From Sandaracinaceae bacterium (GTDB lineage Bacteria; Myxococcota_A; Polyangia; Polyangiales; Sandaracinaceae), in the NCBI GenBank assembly GCA_044220955.1, contig JBGAQA010000022.1:1-64000 (forward strand): 64,000 bases of DNA, written 5' to 3'. The notes beneath the pieces were generated by a model. The model searched no databases. It was not told where the DNA came from and saw only the letters and a list, made by a program, of their open reading frames with translations. The position numbers and the translations under genes were made by a program. The stretch's first letter is position 1. Each line of letters begins with the position of its first letter. Below, one piece after another: positions 40,784 through 50,726 of this stretch.

Positions 40784-40932
40784 TCACTCCCAGTAGCCCG
40801 CCATCAGCTCGTGCGACCACGCTGGCTGACGCACCTCGCCGCGCGGCCCGAGCTCGCTCATCCAGGGCTTCAGATCGAGCACCGGCGTGCCGTCCACGGC
40901 GTCGAGCCTGGACCACGAGCACGAGGCCACGA
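40784..40932 (-). pseudogene. 3' remnant of a TrmO/TsaA-like SAM-dependent methyltransferase
   Basis: LDAVDGTPVLDLKPW...RGEVRQPAWSHELMAGYW. Upstream RGLVLVVQ lies in another frame (frameshift near 40908). N-terminal part absent. Confidence 0.7.
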
Positions 40933-41049
40933 GGCCTCCGATCGATGCGTGCGCGCGCTCGCCGCGCGCTCGCGATGGTACTGGCCATCCCGCGGCCACC
41001 GCACCGAATTTCGCGAACGAGCGAGTCTTCCTGGTATCGTCGTCCCCGC

Positions 41050-44000
41050 ATGAAGGCTTGGGCCCCGTCGCCCGGGCCGATCGCGGTGTTCTTGCTCGCT
41101 CTCGAGGAGCGCGGCGCGGATGGGAGCGTCGACTTCGGGGAGCGGCGCATCGTGCTTCGGCGCGGAAAGGTCGTGGAGGTCACGCGCGCGCCGAGCGACG
41201 CGAGCCTGCTCGACATGCTGCGAACGACGGGCAAGGTGGACGACAACCTCGCGGCGCAGCTCCTCGCGGCGGCTCCGGATCCGGACGTGCTGCCGGACAC
41301 GATCCCGGGGGTCTCGTCCGACGCGCTCGAGGAGGCCCTCCGCACCGTCTGGCTCGACCGGCTCGTGCAGATGCTCGAGCGCTCGGACCGCGCCGTGGAG
41401 GCGGTGCCGCCGCTCCGTCCCTCGCCTTCGCGACCCTCCGCCCACGAGATCGGGCTCTTCGGCCTGCTCCTCGACGCGCTCGAGCGCCGCGCGGCGGAGA
41501 GCGAAGCGGAAGAGGTCGGCAAGCGCGCCGGCCAGATGCTCGAGTGGACCGAGGGACCGCTCGCCGCGCGCGGGCGCAAGTGGGCGGGCTTCGGTGTCGT
41601 GGCCGACGGCCACTCCATGCGCGTCGGGCAGGTGCTCTCGACCAACCCGTCGGCGCCCTCCCGCATCGCTGCGCTGGTGCGCGCCGGCATCGTCCGCCTC
41701 TCGGGGTCGCGGACGAGCATTCCCGCTCCGGCGCCGCGGCTCTCGCTTCCGCCGACGGACGCCGCCGAGCGCTCGTCGATCCCGCCCGTGAAGGCGCCCG
41801 AGGTGCGTCTCGGGCCGGGCGCCGCCCGAGCATTCGACGACGAGATCGTCCCGCCACCGCTGCCCTCGCTGCCGCCGCGCGGCAAGGCGCTGGACGATCC
41901 CTTCGCGCCCCTCGAGCGCCGGATCGCCGTCCTCGAGCAGCGCGACGCCGATCCGCTGGATCGCGCGGCGGCCTGGCGCGCGCTCGGGGACGCTCTGCGA
42001 ACGCGCTGCGGAGCCCTCGAGGAGCAGGTCCGCTGCTACCGCGAGGCGGTCGCGGCCACGCCGACGGATGCCGAGCTGCTTCTGGCCACCGCGGACGCGT
42101 GTGCGGCGACGCGGCAGACCGAGCTCGCGCTCGCCTATGCGCGCGCGGCCATCGCCACCAAGACGGATGCCGAGGGCCGCCAGCGAGCGCTCCTCGCCTA
42201 CGCGCGGCTCGCGCGCCGCATCGGCCGGCCGACCGACGCGCTCGCCGCGGCGCGGGCCGCATCGACGCTCGGATCTTCGACGGCCGGCGAAGGCGAGGCC
42301 GACGCGCTGACGCTCTCGGGCCAGCTCGAGGCCGACGCAGGGCTCGCGCGCGAGGCCGTGGCCGACTGGGTCGAGGCGGCCATCGCGACGCGGCCCTCGG
42401 ACCCGGCGCTGGCGCACGCGCTCTTCGCCTCGGCGTACCTGCTCGATCCGAGCGAGCGCGCGGCCGACGCTCTGAGCAGCTCGCTCACGGAGCTGGGGTT
42501 CGCCGACGCCGCGCTCGCCGTCCGTGCACGCGGCGCGCTCTCCGCGAACGACTCGGACGCCCGGCGGCGGGCGCTGCTCTCCACCGCCGAGCGCGCCGAG
42601 CTGGCCGGACGGCCCTCGCTCGCGGCGGACCTGCTCCTCGCGGCGTTCGCCGAGGAGCCCGAGTTCGACCTGCTCTACGAGCCCCTCGACGCGGACCTCG
42701 AGCAGGCCGGTCGGCTGGTCGAGCGCGCGATCGTCCTCGAGTCGATCGCGCTCGCGTCGGGGCCGGAGCTCGCCGAGGAGTGGGGCCTGCGATCGGCGCG
42801 CGCGTGGCTGGTCCTCGAGTCGGACGAGGCGCGGGCGCTCGGGGCCGCGCAGCTCGCGCGGATGGCGGCCGACGGCTCGGGGCGCGCGCTCTCGGAGCTC
42901 TCGCGCCTGGCCGAGCAGGGCGATCCGGACGCGTTCGACGCGCTGGAGGAGGCGGCGCATCGCGCCCCCGCGCGCGAGACGAAGGTGGCCCTCCTCGAGG
43001 AGATCACGCGTCGCGCCGGGACGCGCCAGCCGGGGCGGCTCGCCTGGGCGATGCGCTCGCGCGGCCTCGCGCCGCCGTCGGTCCTGGAGGGCGAGGCGGA
43101 GATCGAGGAGCGGCGCGTCGCGCACGTGCTGGGCGAGCTCGGGATGGGTGGCGCGGTGAGCGCCGCACCGCTCTTCGAGGCCGTGGCGATCGCGCGGCGC
43201 GCGCCCGACACGCGCTCGGGCGTGCTCGCCATGCTCGCGCAGCTCGCGGCGCGCGACGCTCGGGCGGCGTACGCCGCGGCCCACCTCGCGCGGCTCGGCG
43301 GTGACGACGCGCGCGCAAAGGAGCTGCTCGAGCTCTCCCCCGACGCGGGCGAGGGAAGAGGGCGCGTGCAGCGTGCGCTGGCGCGGCTCGAGACGGATCC
43401 GGGTCACGCAGCGCGCGCATGGGAGCGGGCGCTCGCGGCGGACCCGACGAGCGAGGAGGCGCGCATCCGGCTCGTCGCGCTCGCGCGGCGTGCCGGTGAC
43501 GTGGCCCTGCTCGAGCGGGCGCTGGAGACGCGCCTCGGGTGCGCGACCACGACGGCAGAGGAGGCGCGCGCGGCGCTCGAGCTCGCCGACCACCAGCGCT
43601 CGCGCGATCGCGCGCGGGCCTCGGAGCTGGCCGAGCGGGCGCTCGGCGCCGATCCGAGCGAGCCGCGCGCAGCGCTCCTCGTGCTCGAGGCGGCGCACGA
43701 TCGCTGTCCGAGCGGGCCGGCGCTCGCGTGCGTGCGCGCGCTGATCGGCGAGACCGCGGAGGGGCAGCGCGCCCTGGCTCGCCGGGCGGGCACGAGCACG
43801 GAGGCCCTCGCGGCCACGGTGCGCTGGGCCGCGCTGGCGCCGTGCTCCCCGGAGCCTCTCACCGTGGCGCTCGAGGAGAGCCTGGCCCGCGACATCGAGG
43901 AGTACGTCGAGGCCGGGACCGTCGCACTGCTCGAGAGCCAGCGCATCACGCCCGGGGTCGAGCCCTCGCTCGTGCGCGCGCTGGAGCGCCTCGCGGCGAT

Positions 44001-46869
44001 GGGGCGTCTCGAGCGTGCCGGCGACCTCGCGCTCCGCGCTGCCGCGCTGCTGCCCTCGGCCGGACCGGCCATCGCCGATCTCGCGCTCTCCATCGCGACG
44101 CGCGCCGGGAGCCCCCGCCTCGTTCGCGACGCGATGGAGCTGCGGCTCTCGCTCGGGTCGCGGGAGGAGCGCGGCGCGCAGCTCCGCGTGCTGGCCGAGC
44201 ACCATCGCAAGGCCGGTGACGTCCCGAGCGAGATGCGGGCGTTGCTCCGGCTGCTCGCGGCCTCGCCGCGCGATCCAGCGGCGATCGATCGCCTCGCTGC
44301 GATCCACGCGGAGGCGGGTAACCACGATCAGATGCTCGCGACCCTCGCGCTCCGGACCGACGAGGGCGCCTCGCCGGTCGAGCGCGCCATCGGACTGCTC
44401 TCGCTCGCGAAGGCGAACCTCGAGGTGCTGCACGACGAGGCGCGGGGCGACGAGTTCCTCGCGGCCGCGATCGAGCCGCCCGACACGGACGAGAGCGAGC
44501 CGCAGCGCCTCGAGCGATTGATGACGGTCGCGCTCGGCATGGTCTCGCTCGGCCGCAGCGGCCAGGCCGTGGATCTGCTGGAGGCGCAGGCCAAGGTCGA
44601 TCGTCCCGGAGGCCATCGGCTGGTCGAGCGCGCGATCGAGATCTCGCTGCGCGAGCGGGCCGACCGCGATCGTGCGTTCGCCCTGCTCGAGGGGGAGCTC
44701 GGGCGGCGCGGGACCTTGAGGGGCCGCTTGCTCCTCATGTTCGAGCAGCTCTCGCTCGAGCGGCGGGACGTCGCCCTCGCCGAGCGCGTGTACGCGGCCC
44801 TGATCGACGGCGCGATGGGGGACAGCGGCCGGCGGGCGCTCCGCTATCGGAGGGCGCGCTGGCTCGAGAAGGCCGGCGCCTCGCGCGCCGCGCTCGCGGC
44901 GTACGTCGATGCCTGCGAGCACGCGTCTTCCACGGGCGCGATCGCCAGCGCGCTCGAGCGCCTCTCGCGCGAGCTCGGCGACCTCGAGGGGCTGACGCGC
45001 GGCCTGATGGCGCTCTCGCGCTCGGCGCCGCATCCGGTGCTCGCGGAGCGCCTCGTGCGCCGCGCGGCGCGCGTGATGATCGAGGAGATGGCCCGTCCCG
45101 AGAGGGCGTTCGACGTCCTCTTCGCCTCGTGGAAGGAGTCGTTCAGCGCGGAGGTCGAGGACGACCTGGCGCGCGCGGCGAGCGCGACGGAGGAGGTCGA
45201 CCCGGCGCGGGGTGCGGCGGCCTTCCAGGGCATCTTCGACTCCATTCGCGCGCGGGCCGACGACGCGTGGACCGGGGAGGAGAAGGCGCGCCTGCTCCGC
45301 AAGCTCGCGCGTGTTCACCGCGCGCGCGGCGACCTCGCGTCCGCCGAGTCCGTGGCGCGTGAGGCGATCGCTGCGCAGCGCGCCGACGACCCGGACGAGA
45401 TGGCGCTCGCGACGGCGCTCACCGAGCTCGCGGGCTGGCTCGAGGCGTCCAAGCCCGGCGAGGCGCGCGTGCTCGTGACCGAGGCGCTCGCGCTCGACGG
45501 CACCAACGAGGACGCCAAGGCGCTCGCCGCGCGTCTGCCGGCCGCCGCTGCGACCGCGCCGGCGCCCCCCGCCCCCCCTTCGTCCGCACCGCCAGAGCCG
45601 TCCGCATCGTCGTCCCCGGCCGTCGCGCCGGCGCCCCCCGCCGACGAGCTCGAGGAGCCGATCCCGCTCACGCGGCGCTCCGTCCCGCCCGAGCCGATGG
45701 CCGTGGTCGCGGCGCCGGAGGCGGGGCCGCCCGCGATCGAGCTGCCAGACGCCACGCCCCGCGTCTCGTTGCTCGACGTCTACCGCCCGATGTCGGCGCC
45801 GCCACCCTCGGCGGGTAAGCCGCTCGTCGAGCCGGAGTCGAGCAAGAGCGAGCTCGATCTCCTCCTCGAGCGCGCGGGGGCGGCGAGCCGGGCCCTCGAG
45901 TCGGAGACCGCGTGCGCGCTGCTCCGCGCGGCCCTGCTCCTGGACCCGAGCCGTCCCGACATCGCAGAGCGACTGGCGCGCGAGGCCGAGGCGTCTGGAC
46001 GCGACACCGAGCGCCTGCTCGCCCTCGGCGCGATGGCCTCCGGGAATCGAGCGGTCGGGGCCTGGACGGTGTCGCCGCAGGCCGCGCGCGGCTCGCTGGC
46101 GGCGCACCTGGGGCACCCCGCTCACGCGCCGCTCCTGACGGTGCTCGGCAAGATCTACGAGAGCTGCCAGCCCGTGTTCCGCACGCAGCTGGCGCAGCTC
46201 GGGGTCGTCGGCACCGATCGCGTGGGGGCGCGCGGCGCGTCTCCCGTCGCCAAGGCGCTGCTCGCGGCGGTCGAGCTCTTCGGCTGGGAGGAGCCGCAGC
46301 TCTTCGTCGCGCGCCGCCCCATCGTCTGCGAGCTCGTCCGCTCGCAGCCGCCCGCGCTGGTGCTCGGGCTCGATCTACCGCGCGCCGAGCGCGAGCTGCG
46401 CTTCGTCGTCGCCCGGGGCCTCACCCTCGCCCGCCCGGAGAACGTGCTGATCGCGAGCCTCGGGCCCACCGAGGGCGCGAACCTCCTCGCGGCGATCCGG
46501 GCGGCGTTCGGCCCCGCCGATGGCACGCGCGTCTCGCGCGAGGCCGCCGCGCTCGCGAGCGAGCTGTGGCGGCTGCTCTCCCCCGCGCGGCAGCGCGAGG
46601 TCCGCGATCTGCTCGCCCAGGCGTGGGACACGCTCGACTACCCGTCGGTCCGCGGGTCGATCCTCGGCGGCGCCGCCCGTGCGGGCCTGCTCGTCGCGGG
46701 GGACGTCGGTGCGGCGCTTCGCGGGCTCGCGCTCGTCGAGCAGCCACGCCTCGAGATGTCCGAGGGGCAGCCCGGCCTCACGCTCGCGCGCACGCACGGC
46801 CCGGCCGCCGACCTCGTCCGGTTCGCCTTCGGCGACGCGCTCGTCGACGCGGCCCGCGTCGTGCGCTGA
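41050..46869 (+). CDS. Large (~1940 aa) alpha-helical TPR-like repeat protein
   Basis: Long ORF with GC3 bias, TPR-like AWERALAADP and ALLLDPSR segments, Pro-rich linkers. Start chosen at ATG 41050. Confidence 0.75.
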   Translation: MKAWAPSPGPIAVFLLALEERGADGSVDFGERRIVLRRGKVVEVTRAPSDASLLDMLRTTGKVDDNLAAQLLAAAPDPDVLPDTIPGVSSDALEEALRTVWLDRLVQMLERSDRAVEAVPPLRPSPSRPSAHEIGLFGLLLDALERRAAESEAEEVGKRAGQMLEWTEGPLAARGRKWAGFGVVADGHSMRVGQVLSTNPSAPSRIAALVRAGIVRLSGSRTSIPAPAPRLSLPPTDAAERSSIPPVKAPEVRLGPGAARAFDDEIVPPPLPSLPPRGKALDDPFAPLERRIAVLEQRDADPLDRAAAWRALGDALRTRCGALEEQVRCYREAVAATPTDAELLLATADACAATRQTELALAYARAAIATKTDAEGRQRALLAYARLARRIGRPTDALAAARAASTLGSSTAGEGEADALTLSGQLEADAGLAREAVADWVEAAIATRPSDPALAHALFASAYLLDPSERAADALSSSLTELGFADAALAVRARGALSANDSDARRRALLSTAERAELAGRPSLAADLLLAAFAEEPEFDLLYEPLDADLEQAGRLVERAIVLESIALASGPELAEEWGLRSARAWLVLESDEARALGAAQLARMAADGSGRALSELSRLAEQGDPDAFDALEEAAHRAPARETKVALLEEITRRAGTRQPGRLAWAMRSRGLAPPSVLEGEAEIEERRVAHVLGELGMGGAVSAAPLFEAVAIARRAPDTRSGVLAMLAQLAARDARAAYAAAHLARLGGDDARAKELLELSPDAGEGRGRVQRALARLETDPGHAARAWERALAADPTSEEARIRLVALARRAGDVALLERALETRLGCATTTAEEARAALELADHQRSRDRARASELAERALGADPSEPRAALLVLEAAHDRCPSGPALACVRALIGETAEGQRALARRAGTSTEALAATVRWAALAPCSPEPLTVALEESLARDIEEYVEAGTVALLESQRITPGVEPSLVRALERLAAMGRLERAGDLALRAAALLPSAGPAIADLALSIATRAGSPRLVRDAMELRLSLGSREERGAQLRVLAEHHRKAGDVPSEMRALLRLLAASPRDPAAIDRLAAIHAEAGNHDQMLATLALRTDEGASPVERAIGLLSLAKANLEVLHDEARGDEFLAAAIEPPDTDESEPQRLERLMTVALGMVSLGRSGQAVDLLEAQAKVDRPGGHRLVERAIEISLRERADRDRAFALLEGELGRRGTLRGRLLLMFEQLSLERRDVALAERVYAALIDGAMGDSGRRALRYRRARWLEKAGASRAALAAYVDACEHASSTGAIASALERLSRELGDLEGLTRGLMALSRSAPHPVLAERLVRRAARVMIEEMARPERAFDVLFASWKESFSAEVEDDLARAASATEEVDPARGAAAFQGIFDSIRARADDAWTGEEKARLLRKLARVHRARGDLASAESVAREAIAAQRADDPDEMALATALTELAGWLEASKPGEARVLVTEALALDGTNEDAKALAARLPAAAATAPAPPAPPSSAPPEPSASSSPAVAPAPPADELEEPIPLTRRSVPPEPMAVVAAPEAGPPAIELPDATPRVSLLDVYRPMSAPPPSAGKPLVEPESSKSELDLLLERAGAASRALESETACALLRAALLLDPSRPDIAERLAREAEASGRDTERLLALGAMASGNRAVGAWTVSPQAARGSLAAHLGHPAHAPLLTVLGKIYESCQPVFRTQLAQLGVVGTDRVGARGASPVAKALLAAVELFGWEEPQLFVARRPIVCELVRSQPPALVLGLDLPRAERELRFVVARGLTLARPENVLIASLGPTEGANLLAAIRAAFGPADGTRVSREAAALASELWRLLSPARQREVRDLLAQAWDTLDYPSVRGSILGGAARAGLLVAGDVGAALRGLALVEQPRLEMSEGQPGLTLARTHGPAADLVRFAFGDALVDAARVVR

Positions 46870-47117
46870 GTTTCGGGGGGCGTGAGCCGCCCCCTCGACG
46901 CACCGGCGGAGCCGGATGCGCCTCACCCCCTCACCGACTCGGCTCGCTACCGCTCGCCTCGCGGGGCACACCGCTCGCCGCGCGCACCGGCCTCGTCGTG
47001 CCCGAGTCCGTCGTCGCTCTTGGGACAGACTCTGAGCAGGCGGCTCGGAGCCGTGAGCCCGGCGAGCCGGGCCCACAGCCGTCGTGTCGCGTCCGCGGCC
47101 CGGCCCCCTCGGGCCGT

Positions 47118-47804
47118 TCAGCAGCCGTAGAGCGAGAGCCCGTCCTGGCCGGGGAGACACGAGGGCGCGTTGATCGGAGCGCCCATCGCGTCGACGGCGC
47201 ACTGGAAGAGGCAGCCCACGCAGAGGTTGATCGGGAAGAGCACGGGGCCCGACGTGAGGGTGGCGCCGCCCGCCGTCGTGCCGATCACGCGCACGCGGAC
47301 GAGGATCGGACCGCCCGCGGGGAACGCCGCACCGAGCGCCTGCCCGTACGAGTCGGGGATGACCGTCGCCGCCGCGATCCCGAGCGTGGGATCCATGCTC
47401 GCCGTCGACGCGACCGCGCCGTCGGCCGGGACCAGGAACGGGTTCGGCAGCCCGGCGAGCCCGACCGTCGCTTCCGACGAGTCGAGGAGGGTGACCTCCA
47501 TGTGGTCGATGATGATTCGGTCGGGGTCCGCCATGAGCGGGTAGATGCGGTTGCCGTTGTTGATGAGCTGATTGCCCACGCGGACGGCGATCGTGTACGT
47601 GATCCCGTTGGGACGCAGCGTCGCGGGCGCGCCCGTGCTGACGTCGAGCGTCCCCTGCGCGAGGAGCGCGTTGGTCGCGGTCACCGTGCACATCTCGTCC
47701 AGCGTGAGGACGCCCTCGGCGACCAGGCCGGGGTTCGACGGAGCGCATCCGAGCGCGAGGCCGAGCGCACAGGTGCCGAGAAGGAAGTTCGTCGTGAGTC
47801 GCAT
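47118..47804 (-). CDS. Hypothetical lipoprotein
   Basis: GGAGG RBS, MRLTTNFLLGTCALGLALGC lipobox, C-terminal CVGC...C...CLPGQD. Confidence 0.75.
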   Translation of the reverse strand: MRLTTNFLLGTCALGLALGCAPSNPGLVAEGVLTLDEMCTVTATNALLAQGTLDVSTGAPATLRPNGITYTIAVRVGNQLINNGNRIYPLMADPDRIIIDHMEVTLLDSSEATVGLAGLPNPFLVPADGAVASTASMDPTLGIAAATVIPDSYGQALGAAFPAGGPILVRVRVIGTTAGGATLTSGPVLFPINLCVGCLFQCAVDAMGAPINAPSCLPGQDGLSLYGC

Positions 47805-47907
47805 GCAGCCTCCGAGGCGGCGCCCGAGCGAGCGCCGTAGGGAAAGCGTAAGGGGGGAGGGGGCTCGTCGCCAAATTTCGGCGTCGAGAACCGGCTGGTC
47901 GGCCGGT

Positions 47908-49467
47908 TCAGCCGCGGGCCAGCTCCAGGATCCGGCCTGGATCCAGCAGCTCCGTGCGCACGTGCCCGGGGGGCCCGGGAACGACGAAGCGGACCTGGGC
48001 GCCTGCCCGCTTCTTGTCGCTCGCGAGGAAGCCGGCGAGGCGCGGATCGGCCAGGGCAGCATCGAGGTCGACCGGCAGCCCGAGCGCGACGAGCAGCCGC
48101 GTCATCCGATCGACGTCGGCGCTGCTCGCGTCGCCGAGCGCGCGGCCCACGCGCAGCGCCGCGATCATCCCGAGGCCGACGCACTCGCCGTGCGTGCGCG
48201 CGTAGCCGCTCGCCGCCTCGATCGCGTGGCCGAGGGTGTGCCCGAGGTTGAGGTGCGCGCGGATGCCCGCTTCGCGCTCGTCCTCGGCGACGATCGCGAT
48301 CTTGGTGGCGATCGCTCGCCGCACGACGTCGGTGAGCATCCCGAGCTGCGGCGAGCGCGCGCCGCCGAGCCGCTCGAGCGCGGCGACGTCCTGCGGTCCG
48401 GAGAGCCACGCTGCCTTCGCGATCTCGGCCAGCCCGGAGCCGTACTCGCGGTCGGGCAGCGACTCGAGGAAGTCCAGATCGCAGACGACGAAGCGCGGCT
48501 GGTGGAAGGCGCCGATCAGGTTCTTGCCCTCCGCCCGGTCGAAGCCCGTCTTGCCGCCGACCGACGCGTCCACCATCGCCAGGAGCGTCGTCGGCACCTG
48601 TGCGAACGAGACGCCGCGGAGCAAGGTCGCCGCCGCGAAGCCCGCGAGGTCCCCGACGACGCCGCCGCCGACCGCGAGCACGAGCGCGTCGCGATCGACC
48701 CGGGCGCCGAGGGCCGCGTCCCAGATCGCCTCGACGGACGCGAGCGTCTTGTGCGTCTCGCCCGCTGCGAGCACCACCTCGCGCGTGCGGATCCCCTGTC
48801 CCTCGATCTCCGACCGCACCGCCGACGCCATGCGCTCGGTGTTCGTGTCGCCGACGATCAAGACGCTCGTGGGGGCCCCGGCCTGCGCGGCGATCCGACG
48901 CCTGGTGCCGAGTCCCACGAACACCCGGTACGTGCGAGCCCCGAGCGGCACCACGAGCGCCCCTGCCGCGGCGATCGCGAGCAAGTCCGGAACCGCGCGA
49001 TCGAGATCGAGCGCCGACGTGTCCATCGTGGCGTGGCACTCCGCGTACGCCGCAGCGCGCGACTCCAGGATGCGTGCCAGCGCCGCGCGCGCGCCCTCGC
49101 CCGGCGCCGAGAGGAGCGGGCGCCCGGCACCGTCGCCGACGCGCGCGAGGAGCACGTCGAGCGGCGCCGTCAGCGTCACCAGCGTCCCGGCCCGCAGCAG
49201 CGCGCGCCGTGTCGCGCGGTCGGTCACCGTTCCCCCGCCGAGCGCGACCACGTCGTAGTCGCCGCCCGCGAGCTCGAGCGCCATCGCCCGCTCGATGGCG
49301 CGGAAGCCAGGCTCGCCCAGCGCGCGGAAGAGATCGGCGACGCTCGCGCCGTGCCGCGCCGCGACCGCCTCGTCGAGATCGACGACGCGTCCACCCCCGC
49401 GCGCCGCGAAGGCACGCGCCAGCGTCGTCTTCCCCGACCCCATCGGCCCGGAGAGGAAGATCGTCAT
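47908..49467 (-). CDS. aroB: Fused shikimate kinase / 3-dehydroquinate synthase (AroK-AroB)
   Basis: GPMGSGKT, GEPGFR, GRPLL; then GGGVVGDLAGF, PTTLLAMVDASVGGKTG, KNLIGAFHQP, LNLGHTLGHAIE, HGE. Confidence 0.92.
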   Translation of the reverse strand: MTIFLSGPMGSGKTTLARAFAARGGGRVVDLDEAVAARHGASVADLFRALGEPGFRAIERAMALELAGGDYDVVALGGGTVTDRATRRALLRAGTLVTLTAPLDVLLARVGDGAGRPLLSAPGEGARAALARILESRAAAYAECHATMDTSALDLDRAVPDLLAIAAAGALVVPLGARTYRVFVGLGTRRRIAAQAGAPTSVLIVGDTNTERMASAVRSEIEGQGIRTREVVLAAGETHKTLASVEAIWDAALGARVDRDALVLAVGGGVVGDLAGFAAATLLRGVSFAQVPTTLLAMVDASVGGKTGFDRAEGKNLIGAFHQPRFVVCDLDFLESLPDREYGSGLAEIAKAAWLSGPQDVAALERLGGARSPQLGMLTDVVRRAIATKIAIVAEDEREAGIRAHLNLGHTLGHAIEAASGYARTHGECVGLGMIAALRVGRALGDASSADVDRMTRLLVALGLPVDLDAALADPRLAGFLASDKKRAGAQVRFVVPGPPGHVRTELLDPGRILELARG

Positions 49468-50696
49468 CTCAGACCGTGCTTCTTGGCCAGGCGCGCGAGG
49501 TGGTTTCGATCGATCCCCGCCTCGTCGGCCGCGCGCGAGACGTTGCCGCCGGCGCGATCGAGCAGATCCTCCACGTAGCGCTTCTCGAACGCGTCGAGGA
49601 GCTTCTCCTTGGCCTCCTTGAAGGGCAGGCGAACCAGATCCGCGTCGTCCCACGCCGGCGCTGCGGCCTCGGCGGGCCGAGGCGCGTGGGCGCGGAGCAG
49701 CGTCTCCTCGATCGTGCGGCGCAGCTCGCGCACGTTCCCGGGCAACGACTGGCCGCGGAGCGCGCTCAGCTCGGCGCTCGAGAGGCGAACGTCGGGGTAG
49801 CCGAGCTCGGAGGCGATCGCCTCGACGAGCCGAGGCAGATCCTCGAGGCGCTCGCGCAGGGGCGCGAGCTCGATCCGGAGCGAGCCGAGGTGGAAGAAGA
49901 TCTCGCGCCGCAGCACGCCCGCCTCCACGGCCGCGCGCGGCTCGCGCGTCGAGCTCGCCACCAGCCGCACGTCCGCGCCGATGCGCTCGCGCGCCTCGAG
50001 CAGGCGGAGCACCGCGTCCTGAAGGCTCGCGGTCGTCTCGTCGAGGCGCTCGAGCACGAGCGTCCCGCCGGCCGCGGTGTCGAGGAAGGCCGCGAGCGAG
50101 CTCGGGGCGGTGCGCGGGTCGAGATCGAGCACGACGAAGGGCGCCGCCTGTCGCAGCGAGCTCTCGTGCAACGCGCGCGCGGCCTCGGTCTTTCCCGTGC
50201 CGGTCTCCCCGAAGATCCAGACGGGCGCGTTGCTGCTCGCCGCGCGATCGAGCTGGCCGAAGGCGCGGCGCATCGCCACGCTCGCGCCGACGAGCTTGCC
50301 GAAGCGCGTGAGCTCGGAGGGCAGCTCGGGCGCCGGCAGGTCGGCCGCGAGGATCTCGATCCGCGTCCGTCCCACCCGGATCTCGGCGCCGGGGAGCACG
50401 ATGGCCGACTCGATGCGCGAGTCTCCGACGAAGGTCCCGTTCGTCGAGCCGAGATCCTTCACGCGGACGCCGTGGGCGAGCAGCGCCAGCTCCGCGTGGT
50501 AGCGGGACACGGTGCTCTCGCTCAGCACGAGGTCGGCCTCGGGCGCCGAGCCGATCGAGAGCGTGCCCGTCTCGAGCCGCTTCTCGAGGCCGCGCTCCTT
50601 GCCCGTGGTCACGCGCACGAGCACCGGGCGCGCCTCGGTCGGGCCGGCGTCGGTGCCGAGGATGCCCGTCCCCGGGCCCATGCGCGTCGTCTTCAT
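49464..50696 (-). CDS. FHA-domain, sigma54-activator-like transcriptional regulator (degenerate AAA+)
   Basis: FHA (VSRYHA, DLGSTNGT), GETGTGK, PGNVREL, Fis HTH. No GAFTGA motif. Confidence 0.85.
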   Translation of the reverse strand: MKTTRMGPGTGILGTDAGPTEARPVLVRVTTGKERGLEKRLETGTLSIGSAPEADLVLSESTVSRYHAELALLAHGVRVKDLGSTNGTFVGDSRIESAIVLPGAEIRVGRTRIEILAADLPAPELPSELTRFGKLVGASVAMRRAFGQLDRAASSNAPVWIFGETGTGKTEAARALHESSLRQAAPFVVLDLDPRTAPSSLAAFLDTAAGGTLVLERLDETTASLQDAVLRLLEARERIGADVRLVASSTREPRAAVEAGVLRREIFFHLGSLRIELAPLRERLEDLPRLVEAIASELGYPDVRLSSAELSALRGQSLPGNVRELRRTIEETLLRAHAPRPAEAAAPAWDDADLVRLPFKEAKEKLLDAFEKRYVEDLLDRAGGNVSRAADEAGIDRNHLARLAKKHGLR

Positions 50697-50726
50697 GATC
50701 TACCGGGAGATTTCTTAGCGAGACGC

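Noticed and set aside
40870..46125. Very long antisense or alternative-frame ORFs (e.g. 40870..46125 -, 16815..21200 -, 12821..16693 -, 48600..52751 +)
   Set aside because: Arg/Ala/Gly-rich shadow ORFs expected from high GC3; they overlap well-supported genes and show no motifs.
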